NCBI GenBank assembly: GCA_008369845.1 | Contig: MRSU01000670.1 | Location: forward strand, 1-45,883 | Source of the DNA: Trichomonas gallinae | Taxonomy: Eukaryota | Length of the DNA: 45,883 nt | Direction of reading: 5' to 3' | Part shown: in pieces, positions 17,146-29,300 of the stretch | Layout: the number at the start of each line of letters is the position of its first letter | How positions within the stretch are numbered: the stretch's first letter is position 1 | Position numbers and translations under genes: made by a program | Notes under the pieces: model-generated | Databases searched by the model: none | The model's input: the letters and a program-made list of their open reading frames with translations, nothing else | What the model was told of the DNA's origin: nothing

Positions 17146-20058
17146 ATGCTTACCTACCTGTTAAGCGTTTACAACAAATATCCGATTACACGTGATAAAT
17201 GCGCAGTCAACATTAATGGCTCGTACTATGACCTCACGGGATTGGCTCAGCGCGGTATTATGACCTTCTCAGTTCCAATCAATTCAGTATCACATACTGG
17301 CTATTTAAAGGTATGCGATAGATTTACAGACGAAGATTACAACAGCGGAAAAATTCCAAAAGGTTTATACAAATACAAATTCTATAACTTTATCATTTGC
17401 GATAGCACAGCAACAGGAACATGCTATCCAGTTGCTTCTACTTTCGATACGGACTATGCCCCACTCTCTGAGAAGGACTTTAATAAGGGTGTTTCTATTG
17501 ATTTCCTCACATATCCAAAACTTGGCACAAGTGCTTCATCACCAGAAAATAAATATATTTACTTGAAGACTAGCTTCCAGCTTGAGTGCGATCCTTCACA
17601 AACAAATCCAAATGCAGAAGTTCAAATCGCTACTGACGTTGATTATGGTAAGCCTTCAGATATTGTAATTTCAATGAAGTATTCTGGAGCTTGCCCAAAG
17701 AAGGTTGCAATGCCAGCACCAACACCAATGTATTCTCCACAATGCGACTATTTCGAGCGTGATGACAACATCAGGACACAAGGCATCCATATGCACCTCC
17801 AGGACAACAACGCTGGTCCATATGGTCACATGATTTGGGATGCAATTGGCAGACAAGATGAATCATGGATCTTCTATCAGCCATGCGAGCGCTCTCTCAA
17901 TCCAGCTAATAAGTCTGATCCAGCACTTGCATCAGTTTGGATATGCGATTCAGAGATTACAAAATGCACATCATACGGCATAGCTGATGATCATATGAAG
18001 ATATCCAAATCAATTTATGGAATGAATGCTCCAATTCAAAATACATTGATTTCAGATAACGGCAGACAAACAATTGTATATTGGACATGCACTGAAGGAA
18101 TGCCTGAAAACTTAATGGCTTTCTATGATGCAGATTGGGAAACATCAGATAAATATGTTTTGAATATTACATTAAAGTCATATGAATCATGTACTCGTTC
18201 TATTCCTCCACCAGATGTTCCAGAAAATTCATGCCAGCTCAAATACGATGAATATGATTTCAATGCAAAAGTCCATAATGGCAGAACAAATGTCGGCTAT
18301 GTAAGCCAAGTCACAGTGGAGGAGCATACTGGCTTGAAATATCAAGCTAGACTCCACTACCAGCCATGCGGCACAATTTTCTGCCCAGACGATGCTAAGT
18401 GCGACCAGTTCGAGGATGCTTTCATCTGGCTCTGCCAAAAGGTTTCCCTCGGATCCACACCATATCAGTGCAAACCATATGGTCTTGGTGAAAACAATAT
18501 TTCAACATCATTCATTGATCCAACAAACTTCCACTCTGGTATTCAAATCAAGTACAAGGGCGGAGATGCTCTCAACGCTGTTGCCCGCTTTCATTGCAAT
18601 GAAAAACTCGATCCAAAGTCAATGCAAATCGATAATACTATTGAAACACTTTCTAAAACAACACTTGCCATTGACATCATGTCCAAGCAGGCTTGCGGCT
18701 CAAGCCCATCTCCAGACTATTATTTCACACCGAAATGGCCAGTGCAAGGAAAGACACCAACACCAACACCACTCGCTCACCCTCAGACATCTCTCTTCTA
18801 TAGAAACGAAACACACTACATCAACGTCGCCCTTGACCAGGCAGAAAGAGATGTTGACATCCAGGAGTTCGACCTCGCATGGCGTTCTAAGCGCTGCCAC
18901 ATCACCCACTACTACTCACCATTCGGTAACTGGACTTGCCCAGAAGGCTACGACTGCAAGGAATACGCTGGCCTTACAGCAGCCGGCTGGTTATGCTACA
19001 AGGATAATGATAAGAAGGTCTGCTTCCCAGATGCCATAATCACAAACTATATCGATATGTTCCCAATTAATAAGAATCGTTTGGACGACGGTGTTTCCAT
19101 CGTCTACAGCGGTGTCCAGAACATTGACCTCGAAGTCAATGTTCGCTGCGCTCCAGATGCAACATGGGACATTCCACTTACAGATTCACCATCTTACGGC
19201 TTCAACACAAGAACAGGCGGCCAGGAGATCTCATTCGGCTCCGTCTCAAAGATGTCATGTCCAAAGGCATTTACACAACCGCGCTGGCCAAATGTAAAGC
19301 CAACAGCTACACCAGATCCAGCCGTCTTCGAGAAGATCGACTGGGATCAGGACTTCGATGAGGACGGCCACAACGTTGAGCTCGATATGACACGCATTCC
19401 ACCATCATCATCACACAACATCGCCCTTGGCGCTGGCTTGAACCCATTCGAAGATGTCAACATCTACTACTCTCCAATCGATAGAATCCCATGCCCAGAC
19501 GGCTATTCCTGCCCAGGCATGGAGAAGGGTAACATCTGGAAGTGCTGGAAGAACACAACAGGCTCGTTCTGCTATGTCATCGGTAACGCTGAATACGGCG
19601 TCACAATGGAGCTCGCTCCAAACGTTGACTACATCCACGCAGATGTCGCTGCCACATACTACGGTGGTGCAAATGGCGCACGCTCCACAATCCTCTTCGT
19701 CTGCAACCACTCCGTACCAATGAACCAGGTCTGGATGGCACCAGTCGGAATCCAGAGATTCGCTGGTCCAGCTGCTGTCGGAATCTTCTACCTTCATACA
19801 AAGAACGTCTGCTGGGACGTTCACCCATACACCGCCGATGTTACAGGCGGAGCTATCTTCCTTACACTCCTCGCAATCGGCGGAGCACTTTACTTCGCTG
19901 GTGGCGCAGTTATCCTCTTCTTCCTCAAGGGAACAGTTTCAGTCCCACAACAAGAATTCTGGGTTGAATTCGCCCTCTGTGTCAAGACAGCCGTCATCTT
20001 CCTCGCTACATGCGGAAAGAAGACAGTTGTCGGAAACGCTAGCTATGATGCAATTTAA
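17146..20058 (+). CDS. Type I receptor with about 5 MRH domains (CI-MPR/ATG27-like lysosomal sorting receptor)
   Basis: Repeated Cys-rich ~150-aa units (YDL..., YQPC..., G..I.Y.GG..., S..AC) joined by PT-rich linkers; TM GGAIFLTLLAIGGALYF; juxtamembrane VPQQEFW; terminal YDAI (YxxPhi). Inr TCACT at 17120. Confidence 0.85.
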   Translation: MLTYLLSVYNKYPITRDKCAVNINGSYYDLTGLAQRGIMTFSVPINSVSHTGYLKVCDRFTDEDYNSGKIPKGLYKYKFYNFIICDSTATGTCYPVASTFDTDYAPLSEKDFNKGVSIDFLTYPKLGTSASSPENKYIYLKTSFQLECDPSQTNPNAEVQIATDVDYGKPSDIVISMKYSGACPKKVAMPAPTPMYSPQCDYFERDDNIRTQGIHMHLQDNNAGPYGHMIWDAIGRQDESWIFYQPCERSLNPANKSDPALASVWICDSEITKCTSYGIADDHMKISKSIYGMNAPIQNTLISDNGRQTIVYWTCTEGMPENLMAFYDADWETSDKYVLNITLKSYESCTRSIPPPDVPENSCQLKYDEYDFNAKVHNGRTNVGYVSQVTVEEHTGLKYQARLHYQPCGTIFCPDDAKCDQFEDAFIWLCQKVSLGSTPYQCKPYGLGENNISTSFIDPTNFHSGIQIKYKGGDALNAVARFHCNEKLDPKSMQIDNTIETLSKTTLAIDIMSKQACGSSPSPDYYFTPKWPVQGKTPTPTPLAHPQTSLFYRNETHYINVALDQAERDVDIQEFDLAWRSKRCHITHYYSPFGNWTCPEGYDCKEYAGLTAAGWLCYKDNDKKVCFPDAIITNYIDMFPINKNRLDDGVSIVYSGVQNIDLEVNVRCAPDATWDIPLTDSPSYGFNTRTGGQEISFGSVSKMSCPKAFTQPRWPNVKPTATPDPAVFEKIDWDQDFDEDGHNVELDMTRIPPSSSHNIALGAGLNPFEDVNIYYSPIDRIPCPDGYSCPGMEKGNIWKCWKNTTGSFCYVIGNAEYGVTMELAPNVDYIHADVAATYYGGANGARSTILFVCNHSVPMNQVWMAPVGIQRFAGPAAVGIFYLHTKNVCWDVHPYTADVTGGAIFLTLLAIGGALYFAGGAVILFFLKGTVSVPQQEFWVEFALCVKTAVIFLATCGKKTVVGNASYDAI

Positions 20059-20457
20059 ATCTAAACTAATCTTATACTCAAAAAAATTTTTTTTTATTTC
20101 GAAATTTTAGATATATGCTAATATGGCTTATATTCAACTTTTACCATACATGATTGCCAATAAAATATGAATTTTTCATAAATATTATCGAATTAAAAAA
20201 TATTATATCGATAACAGCCTTTTTACAAGTTAATACAATTAATAGATATGATTGTCTGCAATATTTTACTCTTTAAAAAGTTCAGAATGATGCGATATTC
20301 AATTCATTTTCTTAATATTAGTTTCAATGAATTACTAACCGTAGATATTCATATATTCATGTAAAGATTATATTCTATTCATTAAATATGACTTCTGATG
20401 ATAAATTTTTAAAATTAAAGTAACTCTAAAACAAACGCAAGACATTGAAAGTTGCCC

Positions 20458-23196
20458 TTAAATATCATGTTCTTCTGTATCATTCGTATCTAATGGGCTT
20501 AGTGAACCGATTATCTCTGTGATTTGGTTCATGAAAGGCGACTGCGGATTTAATTGTAAAACTCCTAAAACTTGTTTTATAATTTCAGGAATGAACTCTG
20601 CGCTTTGCATCATTGCTGATAATGCTCCGAAAAGCTTTTCAGCGTCAGTATTTGTTTTTAGAACAAAGAAAGCGAATTTAATGAGTGTATATGGATCCTG
20701 TGGGTTGAGAAATAAATCTGTTTCAAAATGTTGCATCCAAGAATCTTCATTTGCCCTAAACAATGCTTCTTCAAATTCTCTGAGACATTGGTATATAGGA
20801 ATGAGAATTCCTCTCTCTTCATCTGTTTCGCAGCATCTTGAGACTTTTCTTTCGAATTCGTTATAGATATTTTGGATGCCATGAGAAATTGCTTTTAATG
20901 AGCTAAGAAGCCAATGATGGTTTTGTTCAGTCAAATCCATTTTTGAGGAAATGAATAGATAGCTATTCTTTGCCTCAACTATGGCGGATTCTAAATAATA
21001 TGTATCATAAGCCGGTTTAAGCATAAGCAAATTGATTTGTATCTCGAAAAGCTTCAATGAAAAATCTTGCCATTCCATTTGTTGCATCATCAGACCATAA
21101 ATTATTGAAATTAAATGGTACATTTCAAGTGTTGCTACATATGGGTTCAGATTCCGTGTCGAATCAAATATATCTAGGAACAAATCAGACGGAATGAATT
21201 TAAATGCGAGATTTTCTCTTAGAATAAGCAAAATTGTTAAAATGTTGGACGCTGTGTCTTTTGGAGCACAAGCGTAAACTCTTTCTTGGCTGATGAACCT
21301 ATAATCGTAATCTTGCAAATCTTCTTTTGCAGTGCTTTCAGGCTTTTTAATGATTTCGATATCATTTCTTAAATATTTCAGCACTGTTCGTATAAGTGTG
21401 ACAATCAGCCCTTGCACTATAGTCAGATCTATTTTGGCAATGTCTGTGAGTGTGTTATCGATCTCATCAATGAAGTTTATGTCTGCTTCTGCGAAACTTA
21501 TTGATTCAATAATTTTGCAAAAATCTGCAAAATAATTTTGATCTTTCGCTGCAATTACACTTGCGCATCTAATTGCGCTTGAATAGACATCAGGCTTTAA
21601 ATCTTGGTAGTTCAGAACTTCCATGGATAATTCGAAGAATGAACCAGCAAACTCAGCGAAAATGTTTGGACACGTTTCAAAAATCTGAGCAAAAAGAGCT
21701 AAAAGAGAGGAATAGAAGTCCGAAACTTCAGGAATGTCTTGGTCTTTGATTGAATCATATATATATTGGCAAATACTTGCCTGATCCTCAGCTGTTGCTT
21801 CTATAAATGAAGTATTTTCTCTATCATATTTCTTCAAAGCTTTTAGAAGCTGGTTGACAATAATTGGCTCTTCTTCATCAAAAATCCTAGTTATTACTAA
21901 TCCCATAATCTCATTTGCAGTTGGAACATCAAATTCTATAACATCGTAGTTTGAAATTGATTTTATCAGCTTTGCACAGATTAAGCGTAGCTGTGCATCA
22001 TTCAACAATAGTGATTCACTAATTTGTTTGGAAAATAGTGAAAAAATCGAGCAAGAAAAGTTTGGAGCAACAAATTCTGCGCATTCATCTAAAATTGCTA
22101 ATACAGTCTTGACTTCGGTTATATCATTACTCATATCAGTTAAATAACTAAGAAACTCAGTCCTCCATACCACATTATCTGCGTAATTTCTTGCAATTGA
22201 ATCAAAAATTTTTAGAGCCTCACCAAAAAGTGAATAATCTTGTGAGACGTCAACTGATGGATCAAAGGATTCAATTAATGTTGTGCAAAGACCAAATAGG
22301 AAATTACTAATAAATTCATTAATACATTCGATGAAATCAGATGGGAAGTGGAATAATAAAGCCTTAATGCATGACAAGCATGATTTGACAATATTTTCAT
22401 GTTCAGAGTAGCTCATAATCATTTGCTGGAATAATTCTAAATATTTAACGCAGAATGGTTCAAGCATTTGCACTGCCATTGACATATTTGTTTCAAAGTT
22501 GGATAATAGTTGAATTAAAGGCGGTTCTTCTGATAAATTTGCAAATAAATTAAGAATAAATTCATTATATTGTGTTAAATCAATAAAGCGTGATAAAACC
22601 AGTAATAATGATACTATTGTTATGTATATCTGTGGTGGTAACTGTGTATTTGTGCAAATATTACTGATTAAACCTTGAAAAATTTCAGAATTTTGTGTAG
22701 GATCAATTATTTTGTTTGAAATTATCAATGTTATGTTTTCAATTGAGGAGATCATGACATTTAAGTCATTACTTTCTTGAATTCCTTGTAAAAATAAATT
22801 TAATATTATCGGTTCTAAATGGGAATGTAGTGTTGCTTGTACTAAAAAATATGATATATTAACTCTTAATTGCGAATCTGTTTGTGGATTTAGATAAATT
22901 GGACTTAATATAGTTAAAATTTCATTTGCAAAAAATTCTTGAGTAATAACGCTTTGTAATTCATTAGATTTGGAAACCTTAACACCAAGAAGAATGATTG
23001 AGGCGACTTTTAACGAGTTATTTTCATTTTGTACATAATTCAATAAAAATCTTACCGATTCAAGAGGAAAATTCGTTATGTATTGATTAAAGTGGCTTTC
23101 TGCTGCTGCTCTTTGCTCATTATCATTAGAAGTTAATGATAAAAGAACTGAATGCTTAAATTCTTCTTCAGACAAAGTAAAAAAATGACTTAACAT
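20458..23196 (-). CDS. HEAT-repeat protein, importin-beta/karyopherin-like (divergent)
   Basis: N-terminal LLSLTSNDNEQRAAAESHFNQ and VASIILL resemble karyopherin-beta N-termini; acidic, helical, ~910 aa. The first ATG is at 23196; the track's start is a GTG. Confidence 0.75.
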   Translation of the reverse strand: MLSHFFTLSEEEFKHSVLLSLTSNDNEQRAAAESHFNQYITNFPLESVRFLLNYVQNENNSLKVASIILLGVKVSKSNELQSVITQEFFANEILTILSPIYLNPQTDSQLRVNISYFLVQATLHSHLEPIILNLFLQGIQESNDLNVMISSIENITLIISNKIIDPTQNSEIFQGLISNICTNTQLPPQIYITIVSLLLVLSRFIDLTQYNEFILNLFANLSEEPPLIQLLSNFETNMSMAVQMLEPFCVKYLELFQQMIMSYSEHENIVKSCLSCIKALLFHFPSDFIECINEFISNFLFGLCTTLIESFDPSVDVSQDYSLFGEALKIFDSIARNYADNVVWRTEFLSYLTDMSNDITEVKTVLAILDECAEFVAPNFSCSIFSLFSKQISESLLLNDAQLRLICAKLIKSISNYDVIEFDVPTANEIMGLVITRIFDEEEPIIVNQLLKALKKYDRENTSFIEATAEDQASICQYIYDSIKDQDIPEVSDFYSSLLALFAQIFETCPNIFAEFAGSFFELSMEVLNYQDLKPDVYSSAIRCASVIAAKDQNYFADFCKIIESISFAEADINFIDEIDNTLTDIAKIDLTIVQGLIVTLIRTVLKYLRNDIEIIKKPESTAKEDLQDYDYRFISQERVYACAPKDTASNILTILLILRENLAFKFIPSDLFLDIFDSTRNLNPYVATLEMYHLISIIYGLMMQQMEWQDFSLKLFEIQINLLMLKPAYDTYYLESAIVEAKNSYLFISSKMDLTEQNHHWLLSSLKAISHGIQNIYNEFERKVSRCCETDEERGILIPIYQCLREFEEALFRANEDSWMQHFETDLFLNPQDPYTLIKFAFFVLKTNTDAEKLFGALSAMMQSAEFIPEIIKQVLGVLQLNPQSPFMNQITEIIGSLSPLDTNDTEEHDI

Positions 23197-23395
23197 ATTA
23201 AGGAAATAAGCCACTATAATGCATTACTCTTGATAAAAATGTATTATTGAGTTTTAATTGAAAATCATTCTAATATATTAGTCAAAATCAAAGAAAGAAA
23301 ACACCAGACTTATAGGCATAATGTTTACAGATATATGGTATGATATGAGGCTGTATCTAATAGGTTTCAAAAATTAAATGTAAATTGTCAATAGA

Positions 23396-26300
23396 TCATT
23401 GCTCATCTTCGTCCTTTCCTTTGAGTGCATCGACCAATGTCTGCCTACGCATTCCTTTTATGTTAGTATCCTTGACCAAGTCAATTATTTCGTCAGTAGA
23501 CTTGACATTTTCGCCATCGTCTATGCACTCGACGAAGAACTGGTAGACGTCTCTCTTTTCTCCAAGTATCTTGAGTGCTATGCAGACATTCGGCAAGTTC
23601 TGCTGGCAAGATTGCTTGAACTTCGAGTCAATGTACTGCAAAACTTGTGAGTTGTATTCCTTCATCTGGCAAAGCGATTTCAAAAACTCCTCAACCATGT
23701 GGTGAATTGGTTTGATATTCTTTGGCTTCGCGAATGCAACTTGTGCAAGGAAGTAGTTGATTACTTCATCAGGAATCTGTGGCAGTTTCCTAATGTATGG
23801 AATGAAGTTCTCCAAAAACTCGCAAACACTGCGCGACTTCTTTGCTCCAAGTTTGGCACCTTTCACGCTTTCAATGAGACTTTCACGTGATGTTGGAACA
23901 TCTCTCTCCATAAATATCTTGAATATAGTAGATGCAGCTGTGCATTGTATTGAAAGCTGGCTGATTGGGCCGATTAACACGGACAATTGCTCCAATGGTA
24001 GTGGAGCTGTAGTCAAATTGATCAGCTTCTCGATCAATTCGACGAATTCGTTCGCTCTGATTGGCTTAGCTTCTGCATTCTGCTGCTTCTTTGTCTTGAC
24101 ATCTGTTTGAAGCAACTTCAATAATGCCGGGATTTGTACGAGAAGTGATTGAGCGAACATGTTCGAAAGAATATGAATGCTTTCAATGTCGTCATTGACT
24201 TTGAAAACAGGCTGCTGTATGTACATCTCCTGGTTAATTGAAATTGAAGAAAGAATCTTCATATCTTCATGCCCGACAATGTGCGCAATAATTGCGACTG
24301 CATTAGTTCTGACATTCATATTCTCATGGAATAAGAATCTTTCTATCCATGTATCTCTGTGAGTGATTATTGCGTTTTTAGTGACAGATTCTGTTGCAGC
24401 ACAAATAGCTATGGCAGTGCTGCGATCGACATCAATGTCATCACTTTTGATTGCTTGTATCTGCATCGATAAGAAAGTCTGCACGCATTTCTCTGGGCAT
24501 GCTGCGGTCAATAATGTAAATAGTCTATGCGGTCTGAATTGCCTGCATTGGTTCTTAATGAAGTTCAAAAACATCTCCTCTGAGTAGAATTTCCTAACAT
24601 ACTCAGCGATGCTCTCTGGTGTTGACACAGACTTTGTGATGTCAACGAGATAAGCGTCGTTCATTAATTCGTTAGGAACTGCATCGAATGTTGCGCAGAT
24701 GTGGAGAGTGTATGACATATCCAATCCGGAGAAGAAATACTGGCGTCCTGTCTGCGGATTTTCATTAAGATATTTGTTGATGTCATCTATCATGAACTTT
24801 GACACTCTCTCCTTGATAACAGGCATATATTTGTTCTTTGCTTGCTCGCTCGACATCATGACAGCGTATAAAACGTGGAATGTGTCATCCATGTGATTGG
24901 AGTCAGTCAAAAGGAAGTCGATCTGTGAAAAGGCCATGTTAAAGACTTTATCGACGTTTTGGTCGCTGAACGATGCTTGTATCAACGAGCAAAAGCCTTT
25001 CCTGTATGAATCATGTGGGCATGTGAACGTGCATACTTTGAAGTATGATTCATCAAGAAGATCTGTGAACAACGGATTCACTCTCGGGACAAGAGAGCTC
25101 ATGAAGTCTTGGCATTTGTTGCAGAAAGGCGAGAAAGGAAGCATCTTGACTGCAAAGTTCATAAGAATGTCATCGTATGCTGAGGAATTAAGTGTCGACA
25201 AGCATGTCATCAATTCGTAGTAGTTGTCGTTGAAATACAAAGTCTTGAGTCTGTTCTCAGCATTCTTATGGTCAATTTCGGCTTTGACATCTGGATCAGG
25301 ATGTAATTCATATTCGTTCAGCATCTCTGGATGAACGTAGAACAAGATATATCCGACAGATGTATCAGATCCATTAGTTTCATTGAACATCGCATCCTTT
25401 GATACAACAGAAACATCATCATCATTAAATAAAGTCCATGTATTATCGTCTCTCGATACATAAGACACATAATGTCCGCCTTGAGCTGTGATGCCTCTGT
25501 GTACGACGACCCCATTCAGCTTGTAAGGCGCGCATTTCATGTTCTCTTCAGCAGCAGGCGTGATATCTAACTCTAACGGTACTTCGAGATGCGTGTTGAT
25601 TTTGATTCTCTGCTGTTTGCTGTGGTCGTAGTCGAATCTTTTGACATGAACAATCAAAATCGGCGGCGCTTTGTCAATGAAACATCTTCTAATTGCATTG
25701 ATAGCGCCAATTGTTTCGGTGTTGTATTTTGATGTTTGATCCGTGAAATAGTTCGGTCGAGTTAATTTTTCTATGCAATCAGACAGTTTCGTTGTCTCTG
25801 GGGTGATTTCGACCTCTAAACACGTGTAATCTTGCGTGCTTGTGTCATCATGATAATCAACACCCATTCCATCGACGTGGTATCTCATGCGTCCTTGGCA
25901 AAGTTCTCTGACGCTTTTACCAATATCTTTGTTCTCCATCATGTGAGTGGTGACAAGCATGTCGATAAACTCAACAGCATCTTGCTGCTCTTTTGTGTTA
26001 AGCGGCTGGCCCCACCACTTGAAGTACTTCGTCATGTTGATTGTTGTCTCTGACTTGCATGTGGAATATTGAAGTCTTGTGAATATGTGACTTAATTCTC
26101 TCAAAACATCACTGTCACCTCTATAGTTGATGATGATAGATCTTAATGCTGGGATAGCAAATATCTGCTGCAGAGAGGAATTCAAGTAGCATGTGGCAGA
26201 GAGGTTGACTAAGCCAACACGCTTCGCACTAGAAATCAAGCATGCATCGTTTCTCGAAGAAAATGACGAGAAAGGTTGAAGATTGTCGTAATGTGACATC

Positions 26301-29300
26301 AATGCTTTATGAAGCAATCTTTCGTTCGATGAGTCAACAACATCGACTAGTTTCGTCAGGCAGTTGACTGCTGAGTGGAAGCTCTCATTTCTCTCGCTAT
26401 CATTATCATAGGTGAAGAATCTATTGATCAAAAATTCTGTTAACCGCGGTTTGTAGTCTTGTGGGAATAAATTGAACATTAACATTCTGTCGATTGTCTT
26501 GAGAATGATATTCAGATGCTTACTGTCAGGTTTTTCGATCATTCCGAAGAAAATCTCTGCTAATTTCATGAAAAAGACTGGATTTGATTTATCTTGGAGA
26601 TGATCACTCAGACAAGTGATGAATTCATTGTAGATTTCTGGGCACGTTGACAATGTATTGATGAACAATTCAGGAGGAATTTTAATTGCATCGAATGCAT
26701 CTTTAGCAATTTGGCGTTTGCGCTGATCAGGAAGCAGGAGCATATTGAAGTAGCTCATTTCGTTTAGTTCTATGTTGAGAGCACGCTTCTTGTTTCCAAA
26801 TTGGTATTCGATTGTTTTTTGGATCTCGCTATACATGATTTTTGACTCTTCTGCTTCAAGTTGGTCAAGTGATTTTCCTAAATCAAGAAGTTCGAAGAAT
26901 AATTTGCCGATGTTTTCTGGTTTAACTGATTGGAAGTTTCTAAACAGTCTCAAAATTTCATATATGATAGTTAAGAAGGGCTGTTCGTCGAAACGATGCG
27001 TTCTGAGGTTTGTCAAGATATTCAAGAAATATGAATCTGCATCAAAATGATTTACTACTGCTGTGACTTTCATTTTCATGTTTTCATCCAAGAAATAGTT
27101 GATAAATGTCGTGAAGTTGTATAAGAAGAAATATGGCTTGTCTTCGATAAATGGTCCCCTCCAGTCAATTCCTTCGATAAATGGCTTAAGACATTCATTT
27201 GCTTGGTCAACAGTTTGCATACGGTTAAGGATATCGTAGATAATCTTTTCGTTTAAATTCATTAATCGAATGTAAAATTGTTGCGGGTAATCGGTCTGTT
27301 TGAGATAAAGTGTTGGCCAGCATGTTCTCTTGTGGCTTCTTTTTCCTTTCTTAGATGTTCTATATTTGATATCTAATGTGAGAGAGTCGAAATCTCCGAT
27401 TTCTTTCAGTTTCTTAGTTCTTGGGAGTTCTTGGCCTTTGTAGAATGCCAGAATTGTGCTGACTTTTACATCTCTCAGTTTAGCAATTTTTTCGCAAACA
27501 GTTCCAACTGTGGAATTTCCTCCAATATCCATTGAAATGTTGAAATCTGGTTCATTACATATCGCTGTGAGCTTGATTATCTGTTTATCTGGAATTCGAC
27601 TTGGAATATCTGTATCTATCTTATTTTCAATGCAATCAATGAAAGAGATGAGTAAATTGAGATGCCTCGTGTCATCTGTTTGTAACCCACTCCATTTCTT
27701 GATCCAATGCTCGACCATTGCTTGATCAGATAATTCAACTCCATCATTGGAATCATAAAACTCGCAAAGCAAGTTGACGAATTGTTCCCTCATTGGTGAG
27801 TCTTCCAATGCGAATCGCCAAAGAATGTCTTCATTTTGCATTGGCAATTTTGTGATTTGATCATTTTGATTGAAGTTAAGAATGCCAAGGAAACGCTCGA
27901 TAAACTGATAGAATCCGTCATCGTATTCATCTTTAGGAATATCGTTGATGATTGCCGTTAAAACTTCTGAATCAATTAAGTCATTATCGCAAAGACTTAT
28001 TAAGAACGGATAAATCTTATCTGATTGTGTTCTTAATGCAACAATTTGGTTCAAAAGTTCTTGTTCGAAGTTTAAACGAAGATTCTTGTAAGTATTTGTT
28101 AAAAATGATAAAAATTCGTCTGGGATTGGTCTTGTATTGCAGATATTGTACACACAACGTTGTGCAACTTGTTTAAAGAGTTCTTCTGGAACTTTGAGTT
28201 TCTTTTCAATAATATCTTCCATTAAGCGATAGCAATAGATTCTTGTTTCAGCATCTATGTCTGTTCTTTCTACTTCACGCATAATGTCCTTGAAAATCGC
28301 CATATCTGCCTTGTTGCCGATAATATTTAATAATGATTCTTTTCCGTTCTTCCTACAAGGATGATTTGGATTAAAAGCAATCTCCCACAGTTTCATCTTG
28401 ATTTCGTTGATCTCATTTGTGAGATTTAGTCTATCTCCAACTTTTTTAATTAATTTATCGACTGTGTTGAACCAAATCTTTGTTGTGTTATCGGATGAAA
28501 GTATGCATGATATAAGCTCTGACATTGTGTCGTCTTTTGCTGTTTCGGCCATTTTAACAAACATATTAATAAAAGGTTCGATTTCTGTATCATATCTTGA
28601 CGAGTGGAAAGACCAAACTTTGCGGATGATTTCTTTCTCGAGGAGCCCGTATTTGGCCATTCCTGTTAAGATGTCGCCCAAAGCTTCGCTGAATTGAGTG
28701 TGGAATTGGAAATTCTTGAGGATATCCGGATGATTTTTAACGAAAAACGCCGTGGGCTCTGCCAGCCATTTGTCATCAATGAATTTTTGAAGAATTTCCA
28801 AGAATATTCTTTTATGATCAAAAGAATTTTGTACAATAAATTTTTCGAGTATTGGACTTAAGTTTTGTACGAGAAGTTCGGCAAAGCTTTTATCTTCTGG
28901 CAGCATTGTTCTGAAGTGCTCAAGCGCTTGAGGAAGCTGAAGATATCCATTTGCTGTCCAAGATAAATCAAGAATCCTTAACGTAGCGTTAATTAATGGT
29001 ATATGTACTTTGTCAAAGTCAAAAGACTCGTCAACCTTCGATAAAACTGAATAAATAGCTAAGGAATCATTAAAAAGTTTGAAACTTTGACATCTTTCGC
29101 ACATGAATTCAAGTAATTGGTCCATAGCACCCATACCAATGTACATTTGGCAAAGTTGCGTATAAAGATGCCTTCTGCCCGAATTGTAAACAGGCCAGTC
29201 TTGTCTTGCAATCAAATATGTTGCAAAATCGATAAGAGACTGGTCTCCGTATCCAACTCCGATTAATGATAATTTTAACAAATATCCGAAAAATTTTCGT

